A DNA stretch of 62,444 bases, counting the filler, from an uncultured bacterium (GTDB taxonomy: Bacteria; Hinthialibacterota; Hinthialibacteria; Hinthialibacterales; Hinthialibacteraceae), in NCBI GenBank assembly GCA_964449065.1. It is 4 parts of 4 records of this genome, joined end to end, with 100 filler letters (N's around TTAATTAATTAA, not from the genome) between each part and the next. Parts side by side here need not be neighbours in the genome. Positions count along the whole stretch, not along the records: positions 16,039 to 31,573 come from CAYVAZ010000097.1; 3 more parts are not named here. One strand, 5' to 3'. Both the position numbers and the translations under genes were made by a program. How positions within the stretch are numbered: the first letter of the stretch is position 1; every line of letters starts with the position of its first letter. The notes under the pieces were generated by a model. It was not told the origin of the DNA. It worked only from the letters and a program-made list of their open reading frames with translations, and did not search any database. This document shows, one piece after another, positions 20,978 through 31,673 of the stretch.

Positions 20978-22687
20978 CTATAGAGTAAAATAATATTGCA
21001 TTTCGATCTCTATTTCCTTAAAAATGCGCTCCAACTCCACTTTTTGTGCCAACAACTGCTGCCGGACGCTGTGTAAGGGATGTGAAATTGTATTGTAGAT
21101 CCAAGGAATAAATTCATCATACCACAAGGAAGAAAACTCTTCCGCCCCCTCTTTTTGTACGCGGTTTACGCATAACGAATAAAGCACTCCCAGCCAGACC
21201 GTATAGAAAACGACCAAAAACAGGAGACTGATCAAGAGTGAACCGGCGCTGAACATGGAAAGGAGCACGACCAAAATCAGCCAAAGGAAGGAAATGGAGA
21301 ACCATTCGGTATCGGACTGCATCAGTTGCACCAAGACGGGCTGAATAAAGGGAAACCATACCAGCGGAGCATAGATCGCCAATTTTTTTCCTATACCGGG
21401 CGGTTTGAGGTTGTTGAGCATATGGGACGTGATGCGGTCTTCGTAGTCTTGCAGGAGGCGGGAGAATTGCCCATTTATATCGATTGTTTCCGTGGGTATT
21501 TGATCCCATTGTCGATCCCATTCGGGGTGGTCGGCGCGGAGGTCATCGACCACGCGGGTGAGTTTCATGGAGGCGGTGGTGCTGCCGAAGCGGAGCAAGT
21601 CTTTGACGGAATCGCTTTGCTGGGCGGCGGTTTGCTGGAAGGATACCCAGCCGCTGAAAGCGGTGATAAGGCCCGAGAGTGGGTAGTAGATCAGCCACAA
21701 GAGCGGAAGTTGTTTGACACGCTGCGCGAAGAACTGATTGCTGATGCGGCGCTGCATGGATTCAAGCGAGATGATACGGGATTGGACGGTTTGAGCGTAT
21801 TCGGCGGAGAAGGCTTCCCGCACCGATTTGGTGATGAGGTCGATCATGCGCTCGAATGCTTGAATATTATCGGTAAGGCGGTAGTGCCTTTGGACGCGCT
21901 GGATGTTCTTTTGGAACTCGGAGTGAATGTTTTTGATCTTGGCGCGCGCGATTTCTTGCGGTGAGTGGACGCGGACCAAGCGGTCTCTTAATTTTGAGAA
22001 TTCGAATTGATTGGATTGCAGAGCCGAGATCAAGAAGAGGCGGTTGTCATCAGGGATGGGGGCATCGTTTTTAAGACATTCTTGTTTGAGGTAACCATAG
22101 ACCTCATGGCGGATTTCTTCCGGCCGTGCTTGTTGAGAAATTTGATCGACTTTATTGAGTACGACAAAGTAGTAGTCATGGCTTTGCGCGACCGTTATCA
22201 GCTGGTTAATGAATTCGTTATCGCCGTATTTGCGGGGGGTAGTGACCCAGACCATACCTTGCATGAATTTGGAGAGGCGTTTAACTTCTTCCACATGGGC
22301 GGTGAAGCGGCTGTCGAAATCGGGGAAATCGACCAGGACGACGTTTTTGAGTTCTTCCCGCTGATGCCGGGCGAATAGGACGCGGCTGCTTTCGGAATCA
22401 CCCAGGCGTGTTTTGAGGGCCTTAAGATCATCTTGATGGCAATAGGCCACGGCTTGTTTGGTGCCTTCATCCAAGATGTTGGTGTCGATGGAGATACGCG
22501 AACCGGCCAGTTGGTTGATGAGTGTCGTTTTGCCGACATCCTTGCCGCCGATAATGCCGTAGAGGAAGAGATCATCGACAGAAGATTCGCCGCTCTGGTA
22601 TTGCAGATTCGCAGGCGCCATGCCGGTGATTTCGGCCAGCCGGCTGTTGCAGTTCTCCAGGTGTTCACGCAATAGGCCGATTTGCAT
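20978..22687 (-). CDS. Dynamin-like / YfjP-like GTPase with C-terminal membrane segments
   Basis: G1 GGKDVGKT, G3 DFPDFDS, G4 NKVD, long helical region, hydrophobic segments. Confidence 0.8.
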   Translation of the reverse strand: MQIGLLREHLENCNSRLAEITGMAPANLQYQSGESSVDDLFLYGIIGGKDVGKTTLINQLAGSRISIDTNILDEGTKQAVAYCHQDDLKALKTRLGDSESSRVLFARHQREELKNVVLVDFPDFDSRFTAHVEEVKRLSKFMQGMVWVTTPRKYGDNEFINQLITVAQSHDYYFVVLNKVDQISQQARPEEIRHEVYGYLKQECLKNDAPIPDDNRLFLISALQSNQFEFSKLRDRLVRVHSPQEIARAKIKNIHSEFQKNIQRVQRHYRLTDNIQAFERMIDLITKSVREAFSAEYAQTVQSRIISLESMQRRISNQFFAQRVKQLPLLWLIYYPLSGLITAFSGWVSFQQTAAQQSDSVKDLLRFGSTTASMKLTRVVDDLRADHPEWDRQWDQIPTETIDINGQFSRLLQDYEDRITSHMLNNLKPPGIGKKLAIYAPLVWFPFIQPVLVQLMQSDTEWFSISFLWLILVVLLSMFSAGSLLISLLFLVVFYTVWLGVLYSLCVNRVQKEGAEEFSSLWYDEFIPWIYNTISHPLHSVRQQLLAQKVELERIFKEIEIEMQYYFTL

Positions 22688-24365
22688 TGGTCTTCTCCTT
22701 GCTGGTCTTCTCTTGAAAGGCGGTACAGGTCGTTAGGGCCTTCCACACGGGTTCGGATGGATCAAGCGTGAAGTGGAACTTTTGTTTGTTGAACTCATCT
22801 TTTACTTGCAGCACTTGGGTGTGAATGATATCGCGAACGGTTTGTTGGAATGTCTTCTTGGCCTTTTCAAACTTGCCCAGGGGCAGGAACGAAAAGGCAC
22901 TGGGGACCAACAGGAACGAGCCGGTTCCGGGGATGGTCATGATATCAGCAATGAGGGTGACGACGACGGAAACCGCGACCAGGGGGTCGTTTTTGACCGA
23001 ACTTTTGATGGTATCCGATTGAAGCAGCGATTTGCATTGGTCTTCGAAACCGCGTAAGGCTTGTTTGAGTGATTCTTGCAGCTGCTCTTGATCTTCTATG
23101 TTGATTAAGGGGGCTGAAAGGTTGCGGAATTCGGGGGCGATTTTGAACAGGGCCGCCGAATGGGGGCTGCGGCGGATGGCGCCGTCGATCTCTTCGCCGA
23201 AGTCAGAGAGGCGTTTGGCGGCTTCGGTCACGAGTTTATCTTCATCAAACTGCAGCATGGTTTCGAGCAACGTGCCGCGCTGCTTACCGAATGCCAATTG
23301 AAAGCTGCGTTTGATGGAGCCGGTGGAGACCATCGAGCGTAGAAAATGCAAAACGTTGCTGACAGCGAAACGGCGCAATCCCAAATGATGAAGAACATGC
23401 AGAACTTCATCCTGCAGAATCGTATCCAAGGGGATTTTGACGGGCTTGGATAAGCAGGTGTCGAGGGTTTTTTGCACATGTATGCCGGTTTGCTCTAAAC
23501 TTTCAAAGCGGCTTTGGTTTTTTTTCATCAAATCGGCGGAATCGTCTGCGATTTTACAGAGCAGCGGCGTATGATTTTTTCGCGGGGGCGTTTGTTTGAG
23601 TTGATTGTGCAGTTGGATGAAATCGGGTTCGTTGGTGTATTGCAGTTTGCCGTCCAAGTTGGGCAGGATAGTGATTTTGTGCACCGAGAAGAATTCGCGG
23701 ACGCTTTGCAGGTCGCGGTGATCGAGATCGACTTGGTCGCGGCCGCGGTTAACCAGCACGCACACCCGGTTTTGTTGAAGTTCTTCGGAAAGTTGTACGG
23801 GTTCTTGGTAGTCGCGGTGGTAAACGGTTTCGTCATCGGTGATGAAGACGGCGGTATCAAGCCAAGGCATGATTTGCAGGCTGATCTGTTGATCGTGGCG
23901 CGCTCTGGTGGTGTTGATATCGGGCAGATCGATATAGACGGCGTTTAAGTTGGCGGATAAATAGAACAGGTGCAGTTCGTTGGGACAACCGGTGACGGGT
24001 TGGTTTTCTTTTTTTCGCTGATGCGAAAAGGCCGGGAGCAGAAGGATGTTGGCGGCTTCGATGGCTTTTTGAAAGGCAATATCCGCCGCCAGTACGGGTC
24101 CGCTGGTATTGTGGGCGTGCCAACTGGTGGAACTGAGCGCTTTGCCGATAAGACTGTTGAACAGAGTGGATTTTCCCGTGCCGGTACAGCCGATGAATCC
24201 GATGAGAGGCGGGCGGTTGGGGCCGAGGGTTTGGCGCAGGGCAATGACGGCACAGGCATCCAAAAGAGGCTGGATTATTTCCGGCCCGAAATCCAACTCT
24301 TGCAGGCGCCGGCTGGAATCCAGAATTACCTTTGATGCATCGAGACATTGTGTTTCGTTAGCCAT
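22665..24365 (-). CDS. Dynamin-like GTPase, partner of the downstream gene
   Basis: G1 GCTGTGKST, G3 DLPD, degenerate G4 (NRGR), helical stalk, hydrophobic hairpin; overlaps the next gene by 23 nt. Confidence 0.78.
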   Translation of the reverse strand: MANETQCLDASKVILDSSRRLQELDFGPEIIQPLLDACAVIALRQTLGPNRPPLIGFIGCTGTGKSTLFNSLIGKALSSTSWHAHNTSGPVLAADIAFQKAIEAANILLLPAFSHQRKKENQPVTGCPNELHLFYLSANLNAVYIDLPDINTTRARHDQQISLQIMPWLDTAVFITDDETVYHRDYQEPVQLSEELQQNRVCVLVNRGRDQVDLDHRDLQSVREFFSVHKITILPNLDGKLQYTNEPDFIQLHNQLKQTPPRKNHTPLLCKIADDSADLMKKNQSRFESLEQTGIHVQKTLDTCLSKPVKIPLDTILQDEVLHVLHHLGLRRFAVSNVLHFLRSMVSTGSIKRSFQLAFGKQRGTLLETMLQFDEDKLVTEAAKRLSDFGEEIDGAIRRSPHSAALFKIAPEFRNLSAPLINIEDQEQLQESLKQALRGFEDQCKSLLQSDTIKSSVKNDPLVAVSVVVTLIADIMTIPGTGSFLLVPSAFSFLPLGKFEKAKKTFQQTVRDIIHTQVLQVKDEFNKQKFHFTLDPSEPVWKALTTCTAFQEKTSKEKTNANRPIA

Positions 24366-24492
24366 ATATCGTTGTATCCGGTCTTTGATGTTCCGTTGCG
24401 AATACGTTTATCTGCGTTTCGTGCCGCGGTGGGAGCCCCGCCCTTCATTGTTCTAGTAAACCGGTATGAGTACTTCACAACTCCTACTGCTT

Positions 24493-24638
24493 CCATGCCA
24501 TTGACTTCGCGTTCTTAAACTTATTCGTTTTTGTAATACGTGGTCGCAACCCCCTCTGTGTCTCCCCCAAACCTCTAATCTTTACCGGGGGAAAAGGGCA
24601 TTGCATTTTCAGGCTAATTCCTTAAGTCAATAACATTG
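24493..24638. mobile_element. MITE with CAATGYCATTGAC(TTAAG) ends (IS4-like)
   Basis: Inverted, end-to-end homolog of 36112-36245; terminal inverted repeats. Confidence 0.75.
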
Positions 24639-24644
24639 CCCCTC

Positions 24645-24798
24645 GTACAGCGTCACACATGAATGGATGGCAGCCTCGCCTTTGTTGCCTCCCTTGATTA
24701 AGGGGGGAAGAGGGGATCGAAGCATGCTTTCAACAACGCAAAATCCCCCGGAGCCTACGGCTTCACCCCCTTATACAAGGGGGTATAACACTGCGCTA
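24645..24798. mobile_element. MITE/REP composite (GTACAGCGTCACACA end; CCCCTT/AAGGGG hairpins)
   Basis: First ~60 nt match 36975-37035; the remainder matches 1-100 in reverse complement. Confidence 0.7.
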
Positions 24799-25229
24799 AC
24801 GCTTGTGAATGACTGATCCCACTCATTTCATGTGGGTGGGTAAGTTATCACCCATCCTATCAGCCTTGATAAACTACTAGCACCCTTAACAAAGGGGAAC
24901 CCATTTATCAACCATCCTTTCATTGTTGACAAACCGCTAACCTGTACGTTTTCTTCGGTAGGATTATACCTGCAAGTGTCCATGCACCAATGATTGGATG
25001 GATACGAAAATATAGTCTGTTTATATGGATGGAGAAATGACACCTGTATCGGCGTTTGTTCACTTGGTTACGCCGTGAGAGCAATTCAAGTTTGCGTAGA
25101 GGTCTGAATGCACACACATTTACCGGCTAGAAGCCGATGCTCTCTGGTTATTTAACCCTAAAGTGCTTTCGTGAAATAGCGTGTGGTTATGATGGAATCC
25201 CAGATCGGCCGCAACTCACCGGTTATTCC

Positions 25230-26378
25230 TCATGCAGGCGGAGCAAGCAACATCTGCGAATCAATATGTTCCTGTGGATCAACCGGCTCTCCGTTTTGAT
25301 GATATTCAAAATGCAAGTGCGGTCCGGTCACGTTTCCGGTTGAACCGCTTAACGCTACCGGATTGTTGCGTGTGACATACTCTCCGTTTGAAACCAACCG
25401 CTCAGAAAGATGAGCATAACGGGTTTGCGTTCCATCGCCATGATCAATTTCAATCATATTTCCATACCCGGCGGCTTTACCCGAAAATGTCACCACACCG
25501 GATTTTGCCGGCAGCACAGGTGTCCCCTCCGCCGCACGAATGTCCACTCCGTTATGATGGCGAATCTCATTGGTTAAAGGGTGGTTTCGATATCCAAACG
25601 GTGAAGTAATATTTGCTACATTGGCGCCTGCCGCCATACTCTGCATCGATGAATTTCTTACGGCGGCAACCATCAATGTTTGATCATGCACGGGAGAAAG
25701 ATCAACGCGATTCCCCGCAAAAATTCGATCCGCGTTGGGGATGTTGTTGTGCTCGGCCACTGTGCGCACCATACCGTACAAATCCCCCACGGAATAATCG
25801 ATGCCCAATTCTTTCATCCGGTTCGCCACAATCCCAGAAAGGGTATCCCCTCTCTGAATGACATAATTCACACTCCGTTCAGAATATCCCGGTGATGAGT
25901 TAGTTTTTACGGGGTTGGTTTCATTGGGATTATTGTTTACCGGTGTTTCTTGTTCCTGTTTGGAGTCTACCGCGTTTGTTTCAACCGCATTTTGTGGTTT
26001 GGAACCCGAGGTGTCTGGCTCGATCGGCTGAAGCATTTCACGAAGACTGCGGGGACGGTTGTGCTCAATCGGCTGCGGAACAACCGCTTTCGTTTCGTTC
26101 GCAGCCACAATCGGTACATTGGAAGCCGGTTCTTCAACCGGATTTGGTTCCGGTTTACCAAAAAATTTGATTATGCCAGATTGATTTACATTCGGTTCGG
26201 CACCAATCGGCTTGGGCACCCAAACCGGAGTCGGTTCTTGCTTGACTGTTTGCTTCATAACGGACTCAAACGATTCATTCGCCTTCTGGGGAGAGGAAGA
26301 CTGCGTTTTCATTCGCGTTCGCAATGAATCCACGTTTATTCTTGGTTCTAAATCGAGCGGATCAATATATGGGTCCAT
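25230..26378 (-). CDS. LysM + M23 metallopeptidase with long disordered N-terminus
   Basis: YVIQRGDTLS LysM, HNGVD and TGPHLHFE zinc motifs; AGGAGG precedes ATG 26378. Confidence 0.88.
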   Translation of the reverse strand: MDPYIDPLDLEPRINVDSLRTRMKTQSSSPQKANESFESVMKQTVKQEPTPVWVPKPIGAEPNVNQSGIIKFFGKPEPNPVEEPASNVPIVAANETKAVVPQPIEHNRPRSLREMLQPIEPDTSGSKPQNAVETNAVDSKQEQETPVNNNPNETNPVKTNSSPGYSERSVNYVIQRGDTLSGIVANRMKELGIDYSVGDLYGMVRTVAEHNNIPNADRIFAGNRVDLSPVHDQTLMVAAVRNSSMQSMAAGANVANITSPFGYRNHPLTNEIRHHNGVDIRAAEGTPVLPAKSGVVTFSGKAAGYGNMIEIDHGDGTQTRYAHLSERLVSNGEYVTRNNPVALSGSTGNVTGPHLHFEYHQNGEPVDPQEHIDSQMLLAPPA

Positions 26379-26728
26379 GATCCTCCTCCTTAAATAGATT
26401 GAGGGTACCACGTATCGGAGATTGGTTCTCGCGTGCCGTTGAGTCTTCGCCCTGTACCCTTTTTCGCGGCATGGAATTCGGGATTCTTGGAAAGTAGGGT
26501 TTGGCTGATACCAAACCTCTATTCACCGCCACAGAACCCTGAAATAATTACCGACTCTTATCAAAACAGGAAAAATATTCCCGTTACATCTCAAAACAAT
26601 CAACTTATAAGGATACTAATGCTAAAAGCATACCAATTATAATGAAACCATAAATTTTACTAGGTGTAATTGTAAAAGAATATAAAATGGATGCAATGAC
26701 AACATGGAACGTGTGAAGTTCTTTGTTT

Positions 26729-28834
26729 TCAATAAATCAGGCGAATCCAATTAATATTTGCCCCCCATCCATCCGATGGGTCGCTGTCGCTAAATCGTAA
26801 AATCAAATTATTGCCAACTCGTAGATTCGAATTTATATCAATGGAACGAAGGCTGGGGGTACCCGGCCCCGCGTTCTCTTCATTTAGGAGTGTTGTATAT
26901 CCTTCCTCTGTTCTTACCCGCAGCAAAACCTCTCCTTCTTCTTCAAATTCCAATCGCACCGTTCCTTCAAAACCGGCACGGATGGGAAGAGTAAGATCGA
27001 AAAACGAACCGTAATCGGCGACCAAATCCAACCCGCCGGTATTTCTCCAATCGCTGACTCTTGGGAGAAAAGAATCTGTCACATAATCGTTGGATTCCCC
27101 AAGGTTTACAAACAATTGAACCGAAGGTTCCTGGTTCCAAGAGAGCGGAGCAAGATACACCCCATCATAAAACCAGCCGCAATGGCTTACATACCATGCT
27201 CCGTCATTATCTTGGATCACTTCCGCCGCGTGGGAACGAACGCTGGTGATACGATCTCCCCGGTTCCAGTGAAAGGGGGTGGAGGAGCGATAGATGGCGG
27301 TGCGGCGGTAATCCGCATCCGGCGTGGTATTTAAATTTTCCGGTCCGATGAACAGGTAATAGTGATCCTGATACTGAACCACATAAGGGGATTCGGTGGG
27401 ACCGCCGAAAGTTCCTATTGTTTCGTGCGTAAACGCGGTTTTTCTGGATGACCAGTTGATCAAATCATTGCTGGTACGATACGCAACGATATGGTTGCCC
27501 ACCGGGCGGTCGCTGTTGGCGGTGTAATACATGATGTACTGGCCGTCATGACGAAAAATCATGGGGTCACGGGCATCATAGAAGTCGGTAAAGAGAGGAT
27601 TGGAGTCATGCCGGGTCCATTGAAATAAATCCGGAGAGGTGGCGAGATGCATACGGTATTCCAGGCTGCTGAACTGGCTTCCGGCGCAATAAAACATGTA
27701 AAAAAGCCCTTCATGGAGAATCACATGGGGCGCCCAAAGTTGGCTTTCTCCAAGGGAGGTATCGGTTCGCAGGGCAAAGGGGTGTTTATCCCATGGGGAT
27801 TGCGTGAATTGGCCGGCTGTGGCGTGGACGAATTGGTCTTCATCCAAGGGGATCAGCGGGGTGGAGGTATTTGAAGTGCCAAATAAATGCCATTGGTTGG
27901 CTGTGTTTTGAATAAAGCAATGATCGTTGATGTACCAAGGCTGATCTTCGCCTACACTTTGATCGAAAATGCGGCGGTATTCGCCTTCTTCCGGTACAAA
28001 CAATTGCGGTTCTTTCACCGTGGTTTGCCGCAGCGAAGTGAGTTGGAAATTGGCGGAGGCATCGAAGAGATACCACCCGATGTGATTGCCCATCGGAGTG
28101 ATGTTTGCGGCTTGCAGTACCGGAATGTCATTCTCATCTGCCAGAAAGGCTCGGATCGTATTTGCACCGGCTTGGATTTGTAAGTGGATAGCGGAAGGAG
28201 TTGAGCCGGAAAGAGGAAAGGTATCCAGTCGTTCTTCTTCCAAGTGGGGGCCGACTCTGGAAAGGATTAGGGAATGCAAAGCGGAATCATACCGAATGAC
28301 GAAACCGGTTTTGCCGCTGCTGTCTGCCCATAACAGAAATCCTGCGCTAAATCCATATTGCAGAGATATCGTGATCTCTGCTTGATACGGGCCGGGTACC
28401 GGTTGGAGGGAAACCAGTCTGGTTTCATGCAGCGCGCTTCCTTTTATTCCATTGCTAGTCATTGACCAATTCCCATCTTCCATCTGCCAGAGCAAAGCAT
28501 CCAGAGCTGGTATCCGGTTGGGAGATTGTGACCACGAGGAAGAATAAAAGAATAAGTCGTTTTTATCGACCGATCCGTCGAGTGTTATGTCGGCTGAAAC
28601 ATCCGAATGATTGTAGTCAGATTTAAATTGAAGAAGTTTGCTTTGACGTACCAATTTGTTGGAATCCAACGTTTGTTTTAAGAACTGATACACACGAATA
28701 TTTTCTGGAGGATGAGAAGAACGTAAGGTATTTGGAGTTTTAAATTGAACATTTGACCAAGATAAGGTGGCGAAATTAAGGATAAGCCCTACTATCGATG
28801 AAACAATAAAGTATTTAGAGTAACGGTTTATCAT
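26729..28834 (-). CDS. Secreted multidomain glycoside hydrolase (five-bladed beta-propeller, GH32/GH43-like)
   Basis: INDH, WAPHV, ARDP and TESP motifs; N-terminal dockerin-like ADITLDGSVDKNDL and beta-sandwich region. Start uncertain (28834 or 28906). Confidence 0.72.
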   Translation of the reverse strand: MINRYSKYFIVSSIVGLILNFATLSWSNVQFKTPNTLRSSHPPENIRVYQFLKQTLDSNKLVRQSKLLQFKSDYNHSDVSADITLDGSVDKNDLFFYSSSWSQSPNRIPALDALLWQMEDGNWSMTSNGIKGSALHETRLVSLQPVPGPYQAEITISLQYGFSAGFLLWADSSGKTGFVIRYDSALHSLILSRVGPHLEEERLDTFPLSGSTPSAIHLQIQAGANTIRAFLADENDIPVLQAANITPMGNHIGWYLFDASANFQLTSLRQTTVKEPQLFVPEEGEYRRIFDQSVGEDQPWYINDHCFIQNTANQWHLFGTSNTSTPLIPLDEDQFVHATAGQFTQSPWDKHPFALRTDTSLGESQLWAPHVILHEGLFYMFYCAGSQFSSLEYRMHLATSPDLFQWTRHDSNPLFTDFYDARDPMIFRHDGQYIMYYTANSDRPVGNHIVAYRTSNDLINWSSRKTAFTHETIGTFGGPTESPYVVQYQDHYYLFIGPENLNTTPDADYRRTAIYRSSTPFHWNRGDRITSVRSHAAEVIQDNDGAWYVSHCGWFYDGVYLAPLSWNQEPSVQLFVNLGESNDYVTDSFLPRVSDWRNTGGLDLVADYGSFFDLTLPIRAGFEGTVRLEFEEEGEVLLRVRTEEGYTTLLNEENAGPGTPSLRSIDINSNLRVGNNLILRFSDSDPSDGWGANINWIRLIY

Positions 28835-29303
28835 AGTGTTATGTATATCTAAAACCTTGAAAATCAGCAAAAAAAAGTTCTTTTTTCCGGCATTTTTATC
28901 AATCAAGAAAGAAGTTTACTTGCTAACACGCTAAAAACAGAAGTTATTCAAATACAAACAGCCAACAACCGGTGTGATTTGAATCATAACGGATATCTGT
29001 TGTTCCATGAAAACCGGCCCAAGCTTTCTGATGATTAGGAATAATACTATTTAATTTTCATTGAGACAAACCGAAAATTAAGGGGATGTGTTAGGGAAAG
29101 CATATGACAGCAAAGGTGTATTCTGCCAATAAGCGGCACGAATTCTGCAAATCCCGTTTTTTGGTAGTGGAATGGCTATGATATATTGACATGTTTTGGG
29201 AAAGTATGTACATTAACCCAAGACTAATTCTATATACTGTGAATTGATTTTATTGAACGGTGTTGCCCCTAGGTGGATGAGGTAATTTTCCAAAGATTGC
29301 GAA

Positions 29304-30461
29304 GTGAAGATGCGTCAAAATAACGGGAAATTGCTTGCACCACCGACTGCAAAAGAACTCGTGATATATTGTTTGAACGAGTTTTGGCAGTATGTTGTAT
29401 GTCCGTCAAAACTTTTGGGAAGGCGAAGAAGATATCGCCAAGGGGTTTTTGGGAGACTGGGTTTTATGCTAACTCTAATCGCGTTTTTCTATTTTGCTTT
29501 CGTTTATATCCAGGAAAAATTCGCTCATTTCTGTTACCAAGTACCCAAAGTCGCTTATGCCTGTGCGTGTAGCATTGTGTTATCCTGCTTGTTGATTCAA
29601 GGGTTCCAGATTTATCCAACCCCACAGACTGGATTGAATGTGGTTCAATTGACTGAACCGTTTCATGTTCAGCAAAGTGATTCTTTCTATCCGGAAGCGA
29701 ATGAACATGTTTTTATTGCAAAAGTGCCGGAAGAATTAAAGCGTATCGAAGAAGTAGAGTATACAACGGTTGAGCCGTTTCTGGTGGCATACAACGATGC
29801 GAGTTCTGAATTTTGGAACACCCCAACGGGCGAAAGTGACGATGTACGGAATATTGCGAAGAGTAAGTACTCCAACACATACACGGAACATCAAGTTGAA
29901 CAGGGAGAAACACTATCCGTTATTGCCTCTGCCTATGGCACGACCGTTTCATCTCTATTGTCTTACAACCCGGATGTAAAACCCCGCTCACTTCAAATCG
30001 GCAAACGGATAAAAGTACCCGGCGCGAACACGCCCAAGAAAATCCCCCGCCGCAGCATTGACACCTCCCTGCGTCCACCGGTGAATTCCAACATCGTAAA
30101 TTCAGGTTATGGATACCGGCGTCATCCGATAGGGGGGAATATCCGTTTTCATCACGGTGTAGATTTTAAAAGCAATTATGGCGATAAAGTGTTCGCTTCG
30201 ATGGGCGGAAAAATTGTGGAAGCGAATGGAAGAGGCGCGTTGGGAAAACATATCATTATCCGCCATGCGAATGGATTGGAAACCGTATACGGACATTTAT
30301 CCCGTTACTACTACAGACGGGGAGACAGTGTTTCACGCGGACAGTTTATTGGAAGCGTAGGCAGTACTGGACGGACAACCGGTCCGCATTTGCACTTTGA
30401 AATCCGCAAAAACGGCAAAACCGTTGATCCATCTAAATACTTGGATTTTAAGATAAGGTAA
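29304..30461 (+). CDS. Membrane-anchored LysM + M23 peptidase
   Basis: Two hydrophobic segments, HQVEQGETLS LysM, HHGVD and TGPHLHFE. Confidence 0.88.
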   Translation: MKMRQNNGKLLAPPTAKELVIYCLNEFWQYVVCPSKLLGRRRRYRQGVFGRLGFMLTLIAFFYFAFVYIQEKFAHFCYQVPKVAYACACSIVLSCLLIQGFQIYPTPQTGLNVVQLTEPFHVQQSDSFYPEANEHVFIAKVPEELKRIEEVEYTTVEPFLVAYNDASSEFWNTPTGESDDVRNIAKSKYSNTYTEHQVEQGETLSVIASAYGTTVSSLLSYNPDVKPRSLQIGKRIKVPGANTPKKIPRRSIDTSLRPPVNSNIVNSGYGYRRHPIGGNIRFHHGVDFKSNYGDKVFASMGGKIVEANGRGALGKHIIIRHANGLETVYGHLSRYYYRRGDSVSRGQFIGSVGSTGRTTGPHLHFEIRKNGKTVDPSKYLDFKIR

Positions 30462-30606
30462 ATTTGTCCCAAGGCGTTTACCAGGTTATGTTGTTCAATC
30501 GTTGTAATAGATAGAGCCCCTTTACCATCCAGTTTAACCCCAGTTTAACCGTCTTGAGTCACTCCATCTTTCACTTCACAAGCCTGCCCTTATGAGAAAC
30601 ATCATG

Positions 30607-30754
30607 TACCAAATTGCAGTGAAAATGGTATTTACAAATTGCTTTACTATTACAGAGGCAGTCCCCAGCGGCTGTCTTGCTGTGGGGTAACCACTGGGGG
30701 CTATCCTTATAGAATATCATAAGGAATACCTCACTTTCTTTTTGCAACTTGTTA
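30607..30754. mobile_element. MITE-like element with TACCAAATTGCA/TGCAACTTGTTA ends and internal hairpins
   Basis: Imperfect terminal inverted repeats; a similar end (ATACCAAGCTGCA) occurs at ~4298. Confidence 0.5.
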
Positions 30755-31010
30755 TAATATGAACATGAAACGATCATTCAACAACAAAAAAAAGTGATAT
30801 ATTTTTTTAGCTCAATAATCAGAAACACCAAAAAAACCCTCATAGAAAAATACGATTCACGCAATAAATTGAATTTTTTCTCTTGAAAAAAACGTAAACT
30901 TTTGTTATACTTTTTCTTTATTCTCATATAGAGAAGCTTTCCTTTTAATCCGAGTGTTTATAATCCTATTTGAATGAATGGTTTATAGGGATAAGAAAGA
31001 GGGTCTAATT

Positions 31011-31373
31011 ATGGCAGTCTGGCATGAAGAACGGGATGATTGTTTTATCGTTGTTATAGACGAACCGAATTTGATCGAATCGCTCATTGATAAAATCAGG
31101 CAAATATTAACCGTTGCGTTTTTAACTAACTCTCACCATATCATTTTCGATATGAGCGCCTGCCAAGTGGTAGATTCCTATTTCATCGGTTTAATCATTA
31201 ATGCCCAAAACGATCTCAAAAATTTGGGCGGGACAATTATCTGCGCCGGAGTGAATGGTCAAATCGAACAGGCATTTAAAATTATCCGAATCGATAAAGT
31301 CATCCCTATGTTTCATACCTTGGATGAAGCGGTCCAGTATTGCCAACCCGAACAACATCAAGCCGTCAGCTGA
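31011..31373 (+). CDS. STAS domain anti-sigma factor antagonist
   Basis: IIFDMS..VVDS phosphorylatable Ser motif, F.IIRID.VIPMF.TLDEA. Confidence 0.85.
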   Translation: MAVWHEERDDCFIVVIDEPNLIESLIDKIRQILTVAFLTNSHHIIFDMSACQVVDSYFIGLIINAQNDLKNLGGTIICAGVNGQIEQAFKIIRIDKVIPMFHTLDEAVQYCQPEQHQAVS

Positions 31374-31424
31374 TTGCAGCGGTTAAGAACAATTTGTACT
31401 AGCTGGCATGACTCACTTCCAACC

Positions 31425-31561
31425 CGGCGGGAGCCTCGCCCTTCTAACAAACATTGTTTAGACAAATTTTTTCAAGTCTATTCACCTTAAGTTAGACGGA
31501 TTGACGTACCGGCTGGAAGCCGAAGCAACTCACAAGGAACATAGCGTTGGCAAATGCATTA
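31425..31561. mobile_element. MITE/REP composite near contig end
   Basis: Colinear homolog of 15820-15938. Confidence 0.6.
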
Positions 31562-31573
31562 CTAAATTTTTTT

Positions 31574-31673
31574 NNNNNNNNNNNNNNNNNNNNNNNNNNN
31601 NNNNNNNNNNNNNNNNNTTAATTAATTAANNNNNNNNNNNNNNNNNNNNNNNNNNNNNNNNNNNNNNNNNNNN
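31574..31673. other. Artificial contig linker
   Basis: 44 N + TTAATTAATTAA + 44 N. Confidence 0.99.

Noticed and set aside
30607..30754. Three-way-junction RNA structure on the minus strand, considered as an ncRNA or riboswitch
   Set aside because: Enclosed by MITE-like inverted ends and built from degenerate REP-type hairpins; no downstream gene in that orientation.
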